Of a stretch of DNA of 64,000 nt, positions 49,198 to 58,867 are shown one piece after another. The first letter of the stretch is position 1, and each line of letters begins with the position of its first letter. The position numbers and the translations under genes are program-made. Source of the DNA: Nitrospinales bacterium. GTDB lineage: Bacteria; Nitrospinota; Nitrospinia; Nitrospinales; VA-1. The stretch covers positions 2,560,001-2,624,000 of the forward strand of contig CBDCXL010000002.1 of NCBI GenBank assembly GCA_965223795.1, in the 5' to 3' direction. The notes under the pieces were generated by a model. That model saw only the letters and a program-made list of their open reading frames with translations, had not been told where the DNA came from and ran no database searches.

Positions 49198-50229
49198 TCA
49201 GCCGCTGAGCTGGATGATGGATTCGTTCTCGATGGTTTCGCCGTTGCCCACGGTCACGCCGTCGGCGAGGACGGAGCCGCTCACGGTCGCATTCGCCTCC
49301 ACCTGAATGTCATTCCAGAGCACCGAATTCTGCACCTTCGCGCCCGCGCCGATGCGGCAGCCGTTGCCGAGCACGGCATAGGGACCGATCTGCGCCTCGG
49401 GATCGATGCTGCAGCCGGTGCCCAGCACCACCGGCGGGGTGAGGGTGGTCGAGGCCTGGGCCTGGAGCACCGGCGGGCGCACGGACACGCGGCCGTCGAG
49501 GATGTCCTTGTGGACCTCGAGGTAGGTTTCGCGGTTGCCCAGGTCTTTCCAGTAGCCGCCGTGCAGGTAGCCGTACACGGGCAGCCCGTCGCGGATCATC
49601 TCCGGAAAAATGTCCTGGGCGGTGCCGGAGAACTGGCCGGCGGGGATGCGCTCGAAGATGTCCGGCTCCATGATCTGGATGCCGGTGAACATGACGCGGG
49701 TGGTGTCGTCGGGCATCTCCATCGAGGAGGCGCCGATGAAGTGGACGATGCGGCCGTCCTGCCGCATTTCGATGGGGTCGTACTTTTCCGGCGCGGCGTC
49801 CTGCCTGACCACGAGCGTGAGGCAGGATTTGTTTTTGCGGTGAAAGTCGAGCACGCGCTTGAGATCGATGTCCACCAGGATGTCGCTGTTGATCACGATG
49901 AAGGTGCCGCCGGTGAGCGTGCGTTCCGCCGCCTTGATGCCGCCGGCGGTCCCCAGGATCTTTTCCTCCCTGGAATAATGCAGGCCGATGCCGAAACGGC
50001 TGCCGTCGCCGAAATGATCGGTCACATGTTCGGGCAGATGGTGCAGGTTGACGGTGATGTCGGTGATGCCGGTGGCGCGCAGCAGGTTCAGGGTGTGCGC
50101 GAGCAGCGGCTGGTGCATCACCGGGATCATGGGTTTGGGGATGATCTGCGTCAGGGGGCGCAGCCGGGTGCCGAACCCGGCCGCCAGCACCATGGCCTTG
50201 GGAGTCGGAGAACGCGGGGATGCGGGCAT
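49198..50229 (-). CDS. NDP-sugar synthase (mannose-1-phosphate guanylyltransferase-like)
   Basis: LAAGFGTRLRPLT, PKP, LGTAGG, C-terminal hexapeptide repeats. Confidence 0.9.
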   Translation of the reverse strand: MPASPRSPTPKAMVLAAGFGTRLRPLTQIIPKPMIPVMHQPLLAHTLNLLRATGITDITVNLHHLPEHVTDHFGDGSRFGIGLHYSREEKILGTAGGIKAAERTLTGGTFIVINSDILVDIDLKRVLDFHRKNKSCLTLVVRQDAAPEKYDPIEMRQDGRIVHFIGASSMEMPDDTTRVMFTGIQIMEPDIFERIPAGQFSGTAQDIFPEMIRDGLPVYGYLHGGYWKDLGNRETYLEVHKDILDGRVSVRPPVLQAQASTTLTPPVVLGTGCSIDPEAQIGPYAVLGNGCRIGAGAKVQNSVLWNDIQVEANATVSGSVLADGVTVGNGETIENESIIQLSG

Positions 50230-50253
50230 GGCTTGCCTCCGGTGAGGTGGGTG

Positions 50254-51297
50254 TCAGGGTGCTTTGTCCACGAGCTTTCTGAGCGATTCGGTGTAAGGCG
50301 GTTTGGCGACGCCGCGGTCGGTAATGATGGCGGTGACCAGCTCATTCGGGGTCACGTCGAACGCCGGGTGCGCGACGGATGCGCCTTCGGGGGCGATGCG
50401 CCTGCCGCCGATCTGCGCCACTTCCTCGGCGGAGCGTTCCTCGATGGGAATCATCCCGCCCGAGGCCAGGGAAAGGTCGAGCGTGGAGACGGGCGCCGCG
50501 ACGTAAAAGGGAATGCCGTGGTTTTTCGCCAGGATCGCCACCATGTAGGTGCCGATCTTGTTGGCGACGTCGCCGTTGGCGGCGATGCGGTCCGCGCCGA
50601 CCACCACGACGTCGATGGCTTTTTTCTGCATGAAGTGGCCGCACATGCTGTCGGTGATCAGCTTGACCGGAATGTCGTCCTGCATCAGCTCCCAGACGGT
50701 GAGGCGCGCGCCCTGCAGGAACGGCCGGGTTTCGTTGGCCAGCACGTCGATCTTCTTGCCGGCCTCGACCGCCGCGCGCACGACGCCGAGCGCGGTGCCG
50801 TAGCCCGCCGTGGCCAGCGCCCCGGCGTTGCAGTGGGTGAGCACGTGGCCGCCGTCGGGGATGAACTGCTGGCCGAACCCGCCGAGGGCGCGGTTGGCGG
50901 CGATGTCCTCCTCGCAGATGGCGCGCGCTTCCTCACGCAGCCGCTGCTTGATCTCGGCCACCGGCCTGCCTTTGTTCTCCTGCGCGACTTGTTTCATGCG
51001 CTCGATGCTCCAGGCCAGGTTCACGGCGGTGGGGCGGGAGTTTGCCAGCGTGTCGCACTGCGGTTCCAGTCTGGCGTAAAACGAATCGAAATCCTCTGCG
51101 TCGATGGCATCGGCGGCCAGGCTCACGCCGATGGCCGCGGCCACGCCAATGGCGGGTGCGCCGCGCACGATCATGGTCTTGATGGCGCGACCGACTTCCT
51201 CGATGCTGCGGCAGTCGACGAACACTTCTTCCGTCGGCAGCCGGGTCTGGTCGATCATGCGGGCGGCGCCGTCGATGTACTCCACGGTCTTGATCAT
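50254..51297 (-). CDS. mtnA: S-methyl-5-thioribose-1-phosphate isomerase
   Basis: [43 protein letters not shown]. Confidence 0.96.
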   Translation of the reverse strand: MIKTVEYIDGAARMIDQTRLPTEEVFVDCRSIEEVGRAIKTMIVRGAPAIGVAAAIGVSLAADAIDAEDFDSFYARLEPQCDTLANSRPTAVNLAWSIERMKQVAQENKGRPVAEIKQRLREEARAICEEDIAANRALGGFGQQFIPDGGHVLTHCNAGALATAGYGTALGVVRAAVEAGKKIDVLANETRPFLQGARLTVWELMQDDIPVKLITDSMCGHFMQKKAIDVVVVGADRIAANGDVANKIGTYMVAILAKNHGIPFYVAAPVSTLDLSLASGGMIPIEERSAEEVAQIGGRRIAPEGASVAHPAFDVTPNELVTAIITDRGVAKPPYTESLRKLVDKAP

Positions 51298-51638
51298 GAA
51301 CGTTCTTTCAAAAAAGTTGCGGGCCGGGCAAGGTGCGGCGCGAGCTTGTCCAGCAGGGCGGCTTCGCTGAGCCCCTGGATGTGCAGGGTCTTGTTTCTGC
51401 TGGTGAGGCCTTTGACGATGCTCACTTTGGCGGGGCTCAGCCCCAGGCATTTGGCGAGAAAGCGGGCGCAGGCTTTGTTGGCGGCGCCGTCCACGGGCGG
51501 GGCGGTGAGGCGGATTTTAAGCGCGCCGTCGTGCAGCCCGTCGATCTGGTTTCTGGAAGACCGGGGCTGGATGGCGGCGGCGATTTCGATGCCGTCCCCG
51601 GCTTGTTTGATGTGGAGGGACATGGGGCCCTCGCTCAT
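51294..51638 (-). CDS. DUF167/YggU family protein
   Basis: [22 protein letters not shown]. Confidence 0.9.
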   Translation of the reverse strand: MSEGPMSLHIKQAGDGIEIAAAIQPRSSRNQIDGLHDGALKIRLTAPPVDGAANKACARFLAKCLGLSPAKVSIVKGLTSRNKTLHIQGLSEAALLDKLAPHLARPATFLKERS

Positions 51639-52162
51639 TTTCGCATCTGCTCGAGGCGTTCGCGTGCGCTTTCCTTGATGTTCTGGATCAGGCTGGATTT
51701 GTCCTTTTTGAGCCGGTCGATTTCCTGCCGAAGAACTTCGAGGTCCTTTTCCACTTTCTTTTTCTGCAGCTCGGCCTGCTCCTTGGTGACGGTGAAGATG
51801 CGCTTGGCTTTTTCCTTCAACACCTGCGGATCGAGCTGAACGGCGCCGTTGTCGCGGCTGGCCTGCAGGGCTTTTTTGAGTTCCTGGATGAGCCTGTCTT
51901 TTTCCGCCAGCTGCTTTTTGAGATTCGGATCGGCTGCGGACGCGGGGTTGTAGCCGTTCTGGTAGGCTTTCAACTCGGCCTGCAGTTCATGGACGGTGTT
52001 GTTTTTTTCGGCAAGCTGCCTCTTCAGCGCTTCCATCTCATCGGCCATCTCTTTAAAGTCCTGCGAGACCAGGTGCAGGAAGGTGTCCACCTCCTGCTTG
52101 TTGTAACCGCGCCACTTGTCGCGGAAGACCTGTTCCAGAATGTCGAGATGATTGAGGCGCAT
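51635..52162 (-). CDS. DivIVA-domain protein
   Basis: FRDKWRGYNKQEVDTFL followed by coiled coil. Confidence 0.85.
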   Translation of the reverse strand: MRLNHLDILEQVFRDKWRGYNKQEVDTFLHLVSQDFKEMADEMEALKRQLAEKNNTVHELQAELKAYQNGYNPASAADPNLKKQLAEKDRLIQELKKALQASRDNGAVQLDPQVLKEKAKRIFTVTKEQAELQKKKVEKDLEVLRQEIDRLKKDKSSLIQNIKESARERLEQMRK

Positions 52163-52169
52163 GGTTTCT

Positions 52170-52469
52170 CTACTGCAGTTGAAGGGCGAACATTGCCAAT
52201 GATTTTACCAGAAATTCCTGCAGGAAAATGATCGCCAGAAACACTATAATGGGTGAAAAATCGATTCCCACGCCGGACATGGGCAACAGCTGGCGCACCC
52301 GCGACAGAACGGGTTCGGTGATGCTGTACAGCACCTGCACGATGGGGTTGTAGGGGTCCGGGTTGACCCAGGACAGCACCGCGCGGATGATGATGATCCA
52401 CATGTACAGGGTGAGCGCGTAACTCAAAACGGTGGCGGTGGCGCCTAAAAACAATCCTATTACGGCCAT
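52170..52469 (-). CDS. YggT family membrane protein
   Basis: SWVNPDPYNP, TEP, IDFSP. Confidence 0.92.
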   Translation of the reverse strand: MAVIGLFLGATATVLSYALTLYMWIIIIRAVLSWVNPDPYNPIVQVLYSITEPVLSRVRQLLPMSGVGIDFSPIIVFLAIIFLQEFLVKSLAMFALQLQ

Positions 52470-52670
52470 GAGATCGTACAGAAGTTCCGGTGCGGGATAA
52501 GAAATCTTTGAAAATCAAAAGCTTATAAAAAGATTTTGATTTTCCGTCCAGATAAAGTATCTAAATTTGATTTTATTGTCAAACCTTACTCCCCGCTGGC
52601 GCGCGCGCAGCCGAACCGAATATGCGCCCTGCATCGGGAGTTCCCACCTCATTTTATGCCGGATACGACG

Positions 52671-54071
52671 ATGCCCAGAAAAATTCGAGACAAGGTTCAG
52701 GATCTTCTAAGCAGTGAACAGGAAAAAGAAGGAGTGACGGTCAAGGGATGGGTGCGCACGCGCCGCGATTCCAAGGGCGGCTTTTCCTTCATCGAGATCA
52801 ACGACGGCTCCTGCCTCACCGGGATCCAGGTGGTGGCCGACCATTCGCTGAAGAGCTATCAGGAAGCGTCCGGCCGCCTGACCACGGGAAGCTGCGTCGC
52901 GGTGACGGGAAATCTGATCCGCTCGCAGGGCAAGGGGCAGAGCATGGAGATCCAGGCCACGGAGATCTCTGTATACGGTTCCGCCGACGCGGAGAAATAC
53001 CCGCTGCAGAAAAAGCACCATTCCTTCGAGTTTTTACGCGAGATCGCGCATCTGCGGCCGCGTACCAACACCTTCGGCGCGGTGATGCGCGTGCGCAACC
53101 GGCTGGCGTACGCGATCCACAAGTTTTTCAACGACCGCGGCTTCGTCTACCTCAACACGCCGATCATCACCACCAGCGACTGCGAGGGCGCGGGCGAGAT
53201 GTTCCAGGTGACGACGCTCGATCTTTCGAAGCCGCCGCTCGACAACGGCCGGGTGGACTACGCGCAGGATTTTTTCGGCGAGCGGACCGGGCTCACGGTG
53301 AGCGGCCAGCTGGAAGGGGAGATCTACGCCATGGCGCTGTCGGACATCTACACCTTCGGCCCCACGTTCCGCGCGGAAAACTCCAACACCAGCCGCCACC
53401 TGGCCGAGTTCTGGATGGTGGAACCGGAGATGGCGTTCTACGAGCTGGACGACGACATGGACCTGGCGGAGGAATTCATCAAATACCTGCTGAATGACGT
53501 GATGGAGCGCTGCGCCGAGGACATGGAGTTTTTCAACAAGCGCATCGACAAGTCGATCCTCGAGCGGTTGAAACACATCCTCGATAATCAGTTCGAGCGC
53601 ATTCCCTACAGCGAGGCGGTGCACCTGCTGGAAAAATCCGGCGAAAACTTTCAGTATTCGGTGGAGTGGGGCTGCAATCTGCAATCCGAGCACGAACGTT
53701 TTCTCAGCGAGAAGGTGTTCAAAAAGCCGATCATCGTGTTCAACTACCCGGAGACCATCAAGCCGTTTTACATGAAGCTCAACGAGGACAAGGAAACCGT
53801 GCGCGCGATGGACGTGCTGCTGCCCAAGCTGGGGGAGATCATCGGCGGCAGCCAGCGCGAGGACGATCTCGACATCCTCAAAAGCCGCATGCAGGAGAAG
53901 GAGCTCGATCCCGAGGAATACTGGTGGTACCTGGATCTCAGGCGCTACGGCTCGGCGCCGCATTCCGGCTTCGGTCTGGGGTTTGAGCGGCTGGTGCAGT
54001 TCGTCACCGGCATGGAGAACATCCGCGACGTGATCCCGTTTCCGAGAACGCCGAAACACGCCAGATTTTGA
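52671..54071 (+). CDS. asnS: Asparagine--tRNA ligase
   Basis: [30 protein letters not shown]. Confidence 0.97.
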   Translation: MPRKIRDKVQDLLSSEQEKEGVTVKGWVRTRRDSKGGFSFIEINDGSCLTGIQVVADHSLKSYQEASGRLTTGSCVAVTGNLIRSQGKGQSMEIQATEISVYGSADAEKYPLQKKHHSFEFLREIAHLRPRTNTFGAVMRVRNRLAYAIHKFFNDRGFVYLNTPIITTSDCEGAGEMFQVTTLDLSKPPLDNGRVDYAQDFFGERTGLTVSGQLEGEIYAMALSDIYTFGPTFRAENSNTSRHLAEFWMVEPEMAFYELDDDMDLAEEFIKYLLNDVMERCAEDMEFFNKRIDKSILERLKHILDNQFERIPYSEAVHLLEKSGENFQYSVEWGCNLQSEHERFLSEKVFKKPIIVFNYPETIKPFYMKLNEDKETVRAMDVLLPKLGEIIGGSQREDDLDILKSRMQEKELDPEEYWWYLDLRRYGSAPHSGFGLGFERLVQFVTGMENIRDVIPFPRTPKHARF

Positions 54072-54083
54072 AAAGAAGCATTA

Positions 54084-54335
54084 GACAGGATGGACAGGAT
54101 CATGGCGGGATAAAGGCCAAGGCTGAAAAACCTAAAAGCGGCCTCGCGCAAAGCCGCCAAGACGCAAAGAAAGGCAAAGGCAAAGAACTAGAGGACGGTT
54201 TAAAAAACTCAGGATGGAAAAGAGAAAAGCAAAAGACGGGTGTAACCGCAAAGACGCAAAGAACGCAAAGGAAACCCGGAAGGAAGTATTTTAATTATCC
54301 CTCGCCCCCTTGGGGGAGAGGGCTGGGTGAGGGGG
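54084..54335 (+). repeat. Composite repeat cluster in order A-B-B-C
   Basis: GACAGGATGGACAGGATCATGGCGGGATAAA (54084), CGGCCTCGCGCAAAGCCGCCAAGACGCAAAG (54139), AACCGCAAAGACGCAAAGAACGCAAAG (54244), CCCTCGCCCCCTTGGGGGAGAGGGCTGGGTGAGGGGG (54299). Confidence 0.87.
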
Positions 54336-54347
54336 ACTAAAATTAGA

Positions 54348-55556
54348 TTAATGAATCTTAAACCTCTTTCTGATGCAAAAGACCGATAAGATTATCAGTC
54401 CATCAGCGAGTAAGCCAAATAGAAATAACAAAATTTTGATTCCAAAAGAATTTGGAACAACAAGGTTATGTCTTCCAGCAATCCCAAATGGATTTGCCAT
54501 TGTTTGAAGTTGAAGCAAAAAAGCGCGACTCGCTCTTCCCCAATGATCTTGCTTCAATAACCCAGATCTCCATCCTTTGTCTTTGTAGAACTTGAGTTCT
54601 TGCCCTAACTTTCCTTCACATCGCGCAAATAGAAAAGCAAACATAATAAAAAAGAGTAGAGCAAGCCATATCCAAGGCCGGCCTGGATTCAAGCCGTAAT
54701 TTGAAGATATGCCATAGAATCCATTGAACCATTTATTGAGTCCGTGCTCTGATTCATATTCAGTAGCTAACTCCTTTGCTCGCATTAAGTTGGCGGCGGG
54801 AACGTTTTGAAGAGACTCTAAATGGGCTCTCATATTTCGATATTGCTGAGGACCTCCTGAGATTAATGATGGGCTTTTTAAATAAGAAAATTGTACATTC
54901 GAAAGAATTACGGAACCTAAAAATGGATTTTCTTTATCTTGTGTTGGGCAATCAACTGAGCATATCCACCCTCGATGTATTTCAAAATTCTTGACCGAAC
55001 CGCTATTTATAACAATCTCACCAACTAAACATTCATTGAGAAAAAGATCGATACAAGCCTTATGTGCGATAACAAGCTTTTTTATTAAACAATTCTCAAA
55101 AATTACTTTTCCGCGCCTACTAAATGAAACATCTTTGATAATTGCTCTTTTTACAGTCAAGTTATGACCATTTACTTTACTTATTGAGAGGAAGTTTGGT
55201 GGAGTGGATTTGTCGAATTCGTTAACATTTTTGAACGAGCAAAATTGATTAAAATCAATTACGTGATTGTGATCGTGACCTTCATCTAAATTTATAGCAA
55301 GGTTAACCGGACCTTTAGAGGCTTTTTCTACTAAATCTTCATAGAATTTTTTTATTTCTAGCTCTTGATATTGTCTATCAAAATTTAATTTAAGGACTTT
55401 GTCATATAATTCCTTATATGAGAACGATTGAGGAATGGGTAAGTTTGGCTCTTCACTTAAGATCCATTCCTTAAAATTTTTTGGAGGGCATGCTTGCCAT
55501 GGAAGTAACCAATTTCGAAAATTATTCAATTTGAACAAGAACCAATTTTTAACCAT
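54348..55556 (-). CDS. AT-rich hypothetical membrane protein
   Basis: 402-aa ORF with GGAGG RBS, a beta-rich middle region, SNYGLNPGRP and two C-terminal TM segments. Confidence 0.78.
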   Translation of the reverse strand: MVKNWFLFKLNNFRNWLLPWQACPPKNFKEWILSEEPNLPIPQSFSYKELYDKVLKLNFDRQYQELEIKKFYEDLVEKASKGPVNLAINLDEGHDHNHVIDFNQFCSFKNVNEFDKSTPPNFLSISKVNGHNLTVKRAIIKDVSFSRRGKVIFENCLIKKLVIAHKACIDLFLNECLVGEIVINSGSVKNFEIHRGWICSVDCPTQDKENPFLGSVILSNVQFSYLKSPSLISGGPQQYRNMRAHLESLQNVPAANLMRAKELATEYESEHGLNKWFNGFYGISSNYGLNPGRPWIWLALLFFIMFAFLFARCEGKLGQELKFYKDKGWRSGLLKQDHWGRASRAFLLQLQTMANPFGIAGRHNLVVPNSFGIKILLFLFGLLADGLIILSVFCIRKRFKIH

Positions 55557-55695
55557 ATCCCTCTCCTCCAGCTTCTTTTTAATTTAAAAAAGAAACTTCA
55601 GGCAATGGTGTAATATTGTCCTTTGATGGTTTTTTGTCCAGAAATTATGCGATAGTGCGATCAAAAAAAATCTGTATTTGATCTACTAATAATTC

Positions 55696-55770
55696 CTTTG
55701 CGTCTTCGCGGCTTTGCGCGAGGCCGTTTTTCTTCCCGCCTTAATCCGGCTTTTATCCTGTTATCCTGTC
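55696..55770 (-). repeat. Composite repeat cluster A-B (minus strand)
   Basis: Reverse complement reads GACAGGATAACAGGAT...GGCGGG...CGGCCTCGCGCAAAGCCGCGAAGACGCAAAG. Confidence 0.87.
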
Positions 55771-55777
55771 CAATCTC

Positions 55778-57151
55778 TTATTCCCGAATCAACGAAACCA
55801 GTGTTTCGACGTGCTGGGTCTGGGGGAAGAGATCGACGACGGCGAGGCGTTCGATCTGGTAGCCTTTCAGGTGCGCGAGGTCGCGGGCGAGGGTGGCGGG
55901 GTTGCAGGAGACGTAGAGGATTTGCCGCGGCGCGAGCCGCAGGATGGCGTTGAGCGCGGTTTCCGAGCAGCCTTTGCGCGGCGGATCGACGATCACGGTT
56001 TCCGGCGTGTCGTCCTCGGGCAGGGCGGGCAGGACGGTTTCCACGGTGCCCTTCACGAACTCGCAATTGGATATGCCATTCAGCGCGGCGCTCGCCTTGG
56101 CGTCGGCGACCGCGGGGGCGAACTCCTCGATGCCGATCACGCGCCTGCCTTTGTTCGCCAGCCACAGGGCGATGGCCCCGGAGCCGCAGTAGGCGTCGAG
56201 CACCGCGCCTTCTCCCGGCAGCAGCCAGCGCTGCAACAACTCGTACAATCTTTCCGTCTGCTCGGTGTTCACCTGAAAGAACGATCCCAGTGAAAGCTGA
56301 AAGGTGAGATCGTCCAACCGTTCGGTGAAGGCGTTTTTGCCCCACAGGGCGCGGCTGCGCTCGCCGAGGATCACGTTGGTGTTCTTGTCGTTCAGGTTCT
56401 GCACGATGCCCGTCACCTGAAAGCGTTTGAGGAACTCCGGGTTCTTGAGGTCGTTGAAAAACGGTCCGGGAAATTTCCCCTTCGCGGTGACGAGCCCGAC
56501 GAGCGTGTCCTTCGTGCGTTCCGAATGGCGGATCATCAGTCCGCGCAAAAAGCCCTTGTGCTTTTTTTCATCGTAGAGCGAGATGCGGTGCTTGGCCAGT
56601 AGCAGGCGGATCCATTCTTTCGCCTCGTTGATGGCGGGGTGCAGGATGTCGCAGGTGGGTGAATCCGCCACGGCGTGCGTGCCCTCGGCGAAAAATCCCA
56701 GCAGCGGTGCGCCCGCGTTCCCGGCGACGGCGAAGCTCGCCTTGTTGCGGTAGCCGTAGGCGCGCGCGGCGGGCACGGTCTCGATGTTTCGGGGCGGCGC
56801 GATCTTGCCGATGCGTTCCAGCGCGTCGAGCACGACCTGCTGCTTGAACTTGATCTGCTGCTCGTAGGCGAAGTGCTGCAGCTTGCAGCCGCCGCAGTGC
56901 GCGAACACGGGGCAGGGCGGCTCGATGCGGTGCGGCGAGGGCGTGCGCATCTCGGCCACGCGGGCGACGCCGAAGCGCGGCGTGGTCTTTTCGATCTCGG
57001 CGAGCACACGATCGCCGGGCAGCGCGTCCGGCAGGAACAGGGTGTAGCCCTCGTGGCGGCAGATGCCGTCGCCGCTGGCGCCCTGGGTTTCCACTTCCAG
57101 TTCCAGCCGGTCGCCTTTTGCCACGGGTAAGCTGTGCTGCGGTTTCGCCAT
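55778..57151 (-). CDS. rlmD: 23S rRNA (uracil-C5)-methyltransferase RlmD
   Basis: TRAM domain, CGGC, SFFQVN, DAYCGSG, DPPRKG, YVSCNP, DLFPQTQHVE. Confidence 0.93.
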   Translation of the reverse strand: MAKPQHSLPVAKGDRLELEVETQGASGDGICRHEGYTLFLPDALPGDRVLAEIEKTTPRFGVARVAEMRTPSPHRIEPPCPVFAHCGGCKLQHFAYEQQIKFKQQVVLDALERIGKIAPPRNIETVPAARAYGYRNKASFAVAGNAGAPLLGFFAEGTHAVADSPTCDILHPAINEAKEWIRLLLAKHRISLYDEKKHKGFLRGLMIRHSERTKDTLVGLVTAKGKFPGPFFNDLKNPEFLKRFQVTGIVQNLNDKNTNVILGERSRALWGKNAFTERLDDLTFQLSLGSFFQVNTEQTERLYELLQRWLLPGEGAVLDAYCGSGAIALWLANKGRRVIGIEEFAPAVADAKASAALNGISNCEFVKGTVETVLPALPEDDTPETVIVDPPRKGCSETALNAILRLAPRQILYVSCNPATLARDLAHLKGYQIERLAVVDLFPQTQHVETLVSLIRE

Positions 57152-57328
57152 GATGGTACAATCCTTCCGGGTTGAACGCGGAGCCAGGCTCCGTACTTCC
57201 TCTCCTGGAAATTGGAGGAAGATCGACCGAACAGCTTAGCACACCCTGAGACTTTGGGTGAAGGAAATCCTGAGCGGGCAGGCTTCTTGTAATCTCATTA
57301 AAATCAATGGTATGTGGCGGGTTTTCGC

Positions 57329-58084
57329 ATGGAACACCTGATTTGCGTGCTGGGCGCGGTGAAAGAGGAGATCGCCGGCGTCAAAAAGGAGATGCACGTG
57401 CGCGAGCGGATGAAGCTCGGCCGGGCGGACGGCTGGCTGGGCCGCTGGCAGGCTCGGGATGTGCTGCTGGTGCGTACGGGCGTGGGCAAGGCGCGGGCTC
57501 AGGATGCGATCGAGCGGGTGCTCAAAATGCAGGCACCCGCGTGCCTCGTTTCCATCGGCTATGCGGGCGGCCTGAATCCCGGGCTCCAGACAGGCGATCT
57601 CTTGCTAGCCGATAAATTGTGGCAGCTCGATCTCGGCGAAGGGCAGGGTGAATTGCCCGCGCCGCGTCCAGTGAACGGCACGCCTTATAAAGTCGAACTG
57701 CCGGAATTGCCCGGCGGCGCGGCGGTGCATCGCGGCGGGCTGGTCACGGTGGACCGGGTGGTGACGGATGCGAAGCTCAAGCGCCGCATCGGCGAGGCGC
57801 ACCCGGTTCTCGCCTGCGACATGGAGACCGGCGTGCTGGCCGAGGCGGCAGAGGGGAAGGGCATCCGGTTCGTGTCGCTCAGGGCGATCTCGGATACGGT
57901 GGACGAGGCGCTCATGGACGTGTCGCCGTTTCTTAAGGACGGGGAGGTGTCCACACTCAAGGCCGGCTGGTATGTGGTCACGCATCCGGGGTCGTTGAAG
58001 ACGCTCAAGCACCTCAAGGATGTCGCGCAGCTTGCCACGGCCAATCTGACCCGGTGTCTCAAAGAAATGCTCAAGGAATTGTGA
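57329..58084 (+). CDS. Nucleoside phosphorylase / MTA-SAH nucleosidase-family protein
   Basis: GAVKEE, TGVG, GYAGGL, CDMET, LRAISD. Confidence 0.82.
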   Translation: MEHLICVLGAVKEEIAGVKKEMHVRERMKLGRADGWLGRWQARDVLLVRTGVGKARAQDAIERVLKMQAPACLVSIGYAGGLNPGLQTGDLLLADKLWQLDLGEGQGELPAPRPVNGTPYKVELPELPGGAAVHRGGLVTVDRVVTDAKLKRRIGEAHPVLACDMETGVLAEAAEGKGIRFVSLRAISDTVDEALMDVSPFLKDGEVSTLKAGWYVVTHPGSLKTLKHLKDVAQLATANLTRCLKEMLKEL

Positions 58085-58496
58085 GCCCCTGGGTTCCGAG
58101 CAGGTGGCGCGTGCGTTCCTCGCAGGAGCTGTGGTGGATTTTCCCTTTGCGCGCGGTGGTCTCGCAGTAGTAAGCGCCGTGTCCCGGCCGCCAGCGCGTG
58201 GATTTCGCCGGAACGCTCCAGACGTGTGCGCCGAAATCGATGGCGGCGTTGCCCTTTAGCGCCGCCTGGTGGTTGATCTCGATGAAATCCTCAGGCAGGC
58301 GTTTCCAGCCGATGTAGACGCTGTTCTGCTCAAACTCCACCCACTCGATATCCGGCAATTCGTTCAGATAGGCAAGTTTCTCACGCAGCATGCGGGCGTG
58401 GTCGATGGCTTCGGCGGGCGCGAGCCAGAGCAAGGTCAGAACCCCAAATAGCGGCTTTAGGGGAAACCGGGTTGTTCGTGTTTTATGGAAAGGCAT
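58071..58496 (-). CDS. Exported hypothetical protein
   Basis: Signal-peptide-like segment (LTLLWLAPAEA). Start uncertain. Confidence 0.6.
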   Translation of the reverse strand: MPFHKTRTTRFPLKPLFGVLTLLWLAPAEAIDHARMLREKLAYLNELPDIEWVEFEQNSVYIGWKRLPEDFIEINHQAALKGNAAIDFGAHVWSVPAKSTRWRPGHGAYYCETTARKGKIHHSSCEERTRHLLGTQGLTIP

Positions 58497-58594
58497 CGTC
58501 CCTCGGCCGAAAAGGCGCATGCGCTCAATATAAATTAATCGAGGAGGGAGTCCAAGCAAGCCCGATGGAAATCTTTGCATAAGTCTCATCAATT

Positions 58595-58650
58595 GTCATG
58601 TTGAGCCTGTCGAAGCATCATCAAGCGCCCTTCGACAAGCTCAGGGTGAC
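58595..58650. repeat. Inverted pair of family D repeats (REPIN-like)
   Basis: GTCATGTTGAGCCTGTCGAAGCAT...CCCTTCGACAAGCTCAGGGTGAC. Confidence 0.85.
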
Positions 58651-58840
58651 GATACATTTCCATTTTTTATAATTGGCTGACTAATGCAAAGTTCTCAGAA
58701 GGGGAGACCGGAAATTTTTGACAGGCTGGGAAGATTTTTCCGCCGCGTTTGCGGGATGTTTTGACGCTTTAAAGAGCGATTCTTTATCTAATTTGTTGGA
58801 ATAATGTGGAAATTTAAAGCGGTTTCCGGGTTCGGAAAGG

Positions 58841-58857
58841 TTGGCACAGGCTTTGCT
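58841..58857 (+). promoter_or_regulatory. Sigma-54 (-24/-12) promoter
   Basis: TTGGCACAGGCTTTGCT matches TGGCAC-N5-TTGCW. Confidence 0.82.
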
Positions 58858-58867
58858 ATAAATATAA

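Noticed and set aside
54139..54169. c-di-GMP-I riboswitch suggested by GCAAAGCC
   Set aside because: It lacks the two-hairpin architecture, lies 3' of genes, and is better explained as repeat family B.
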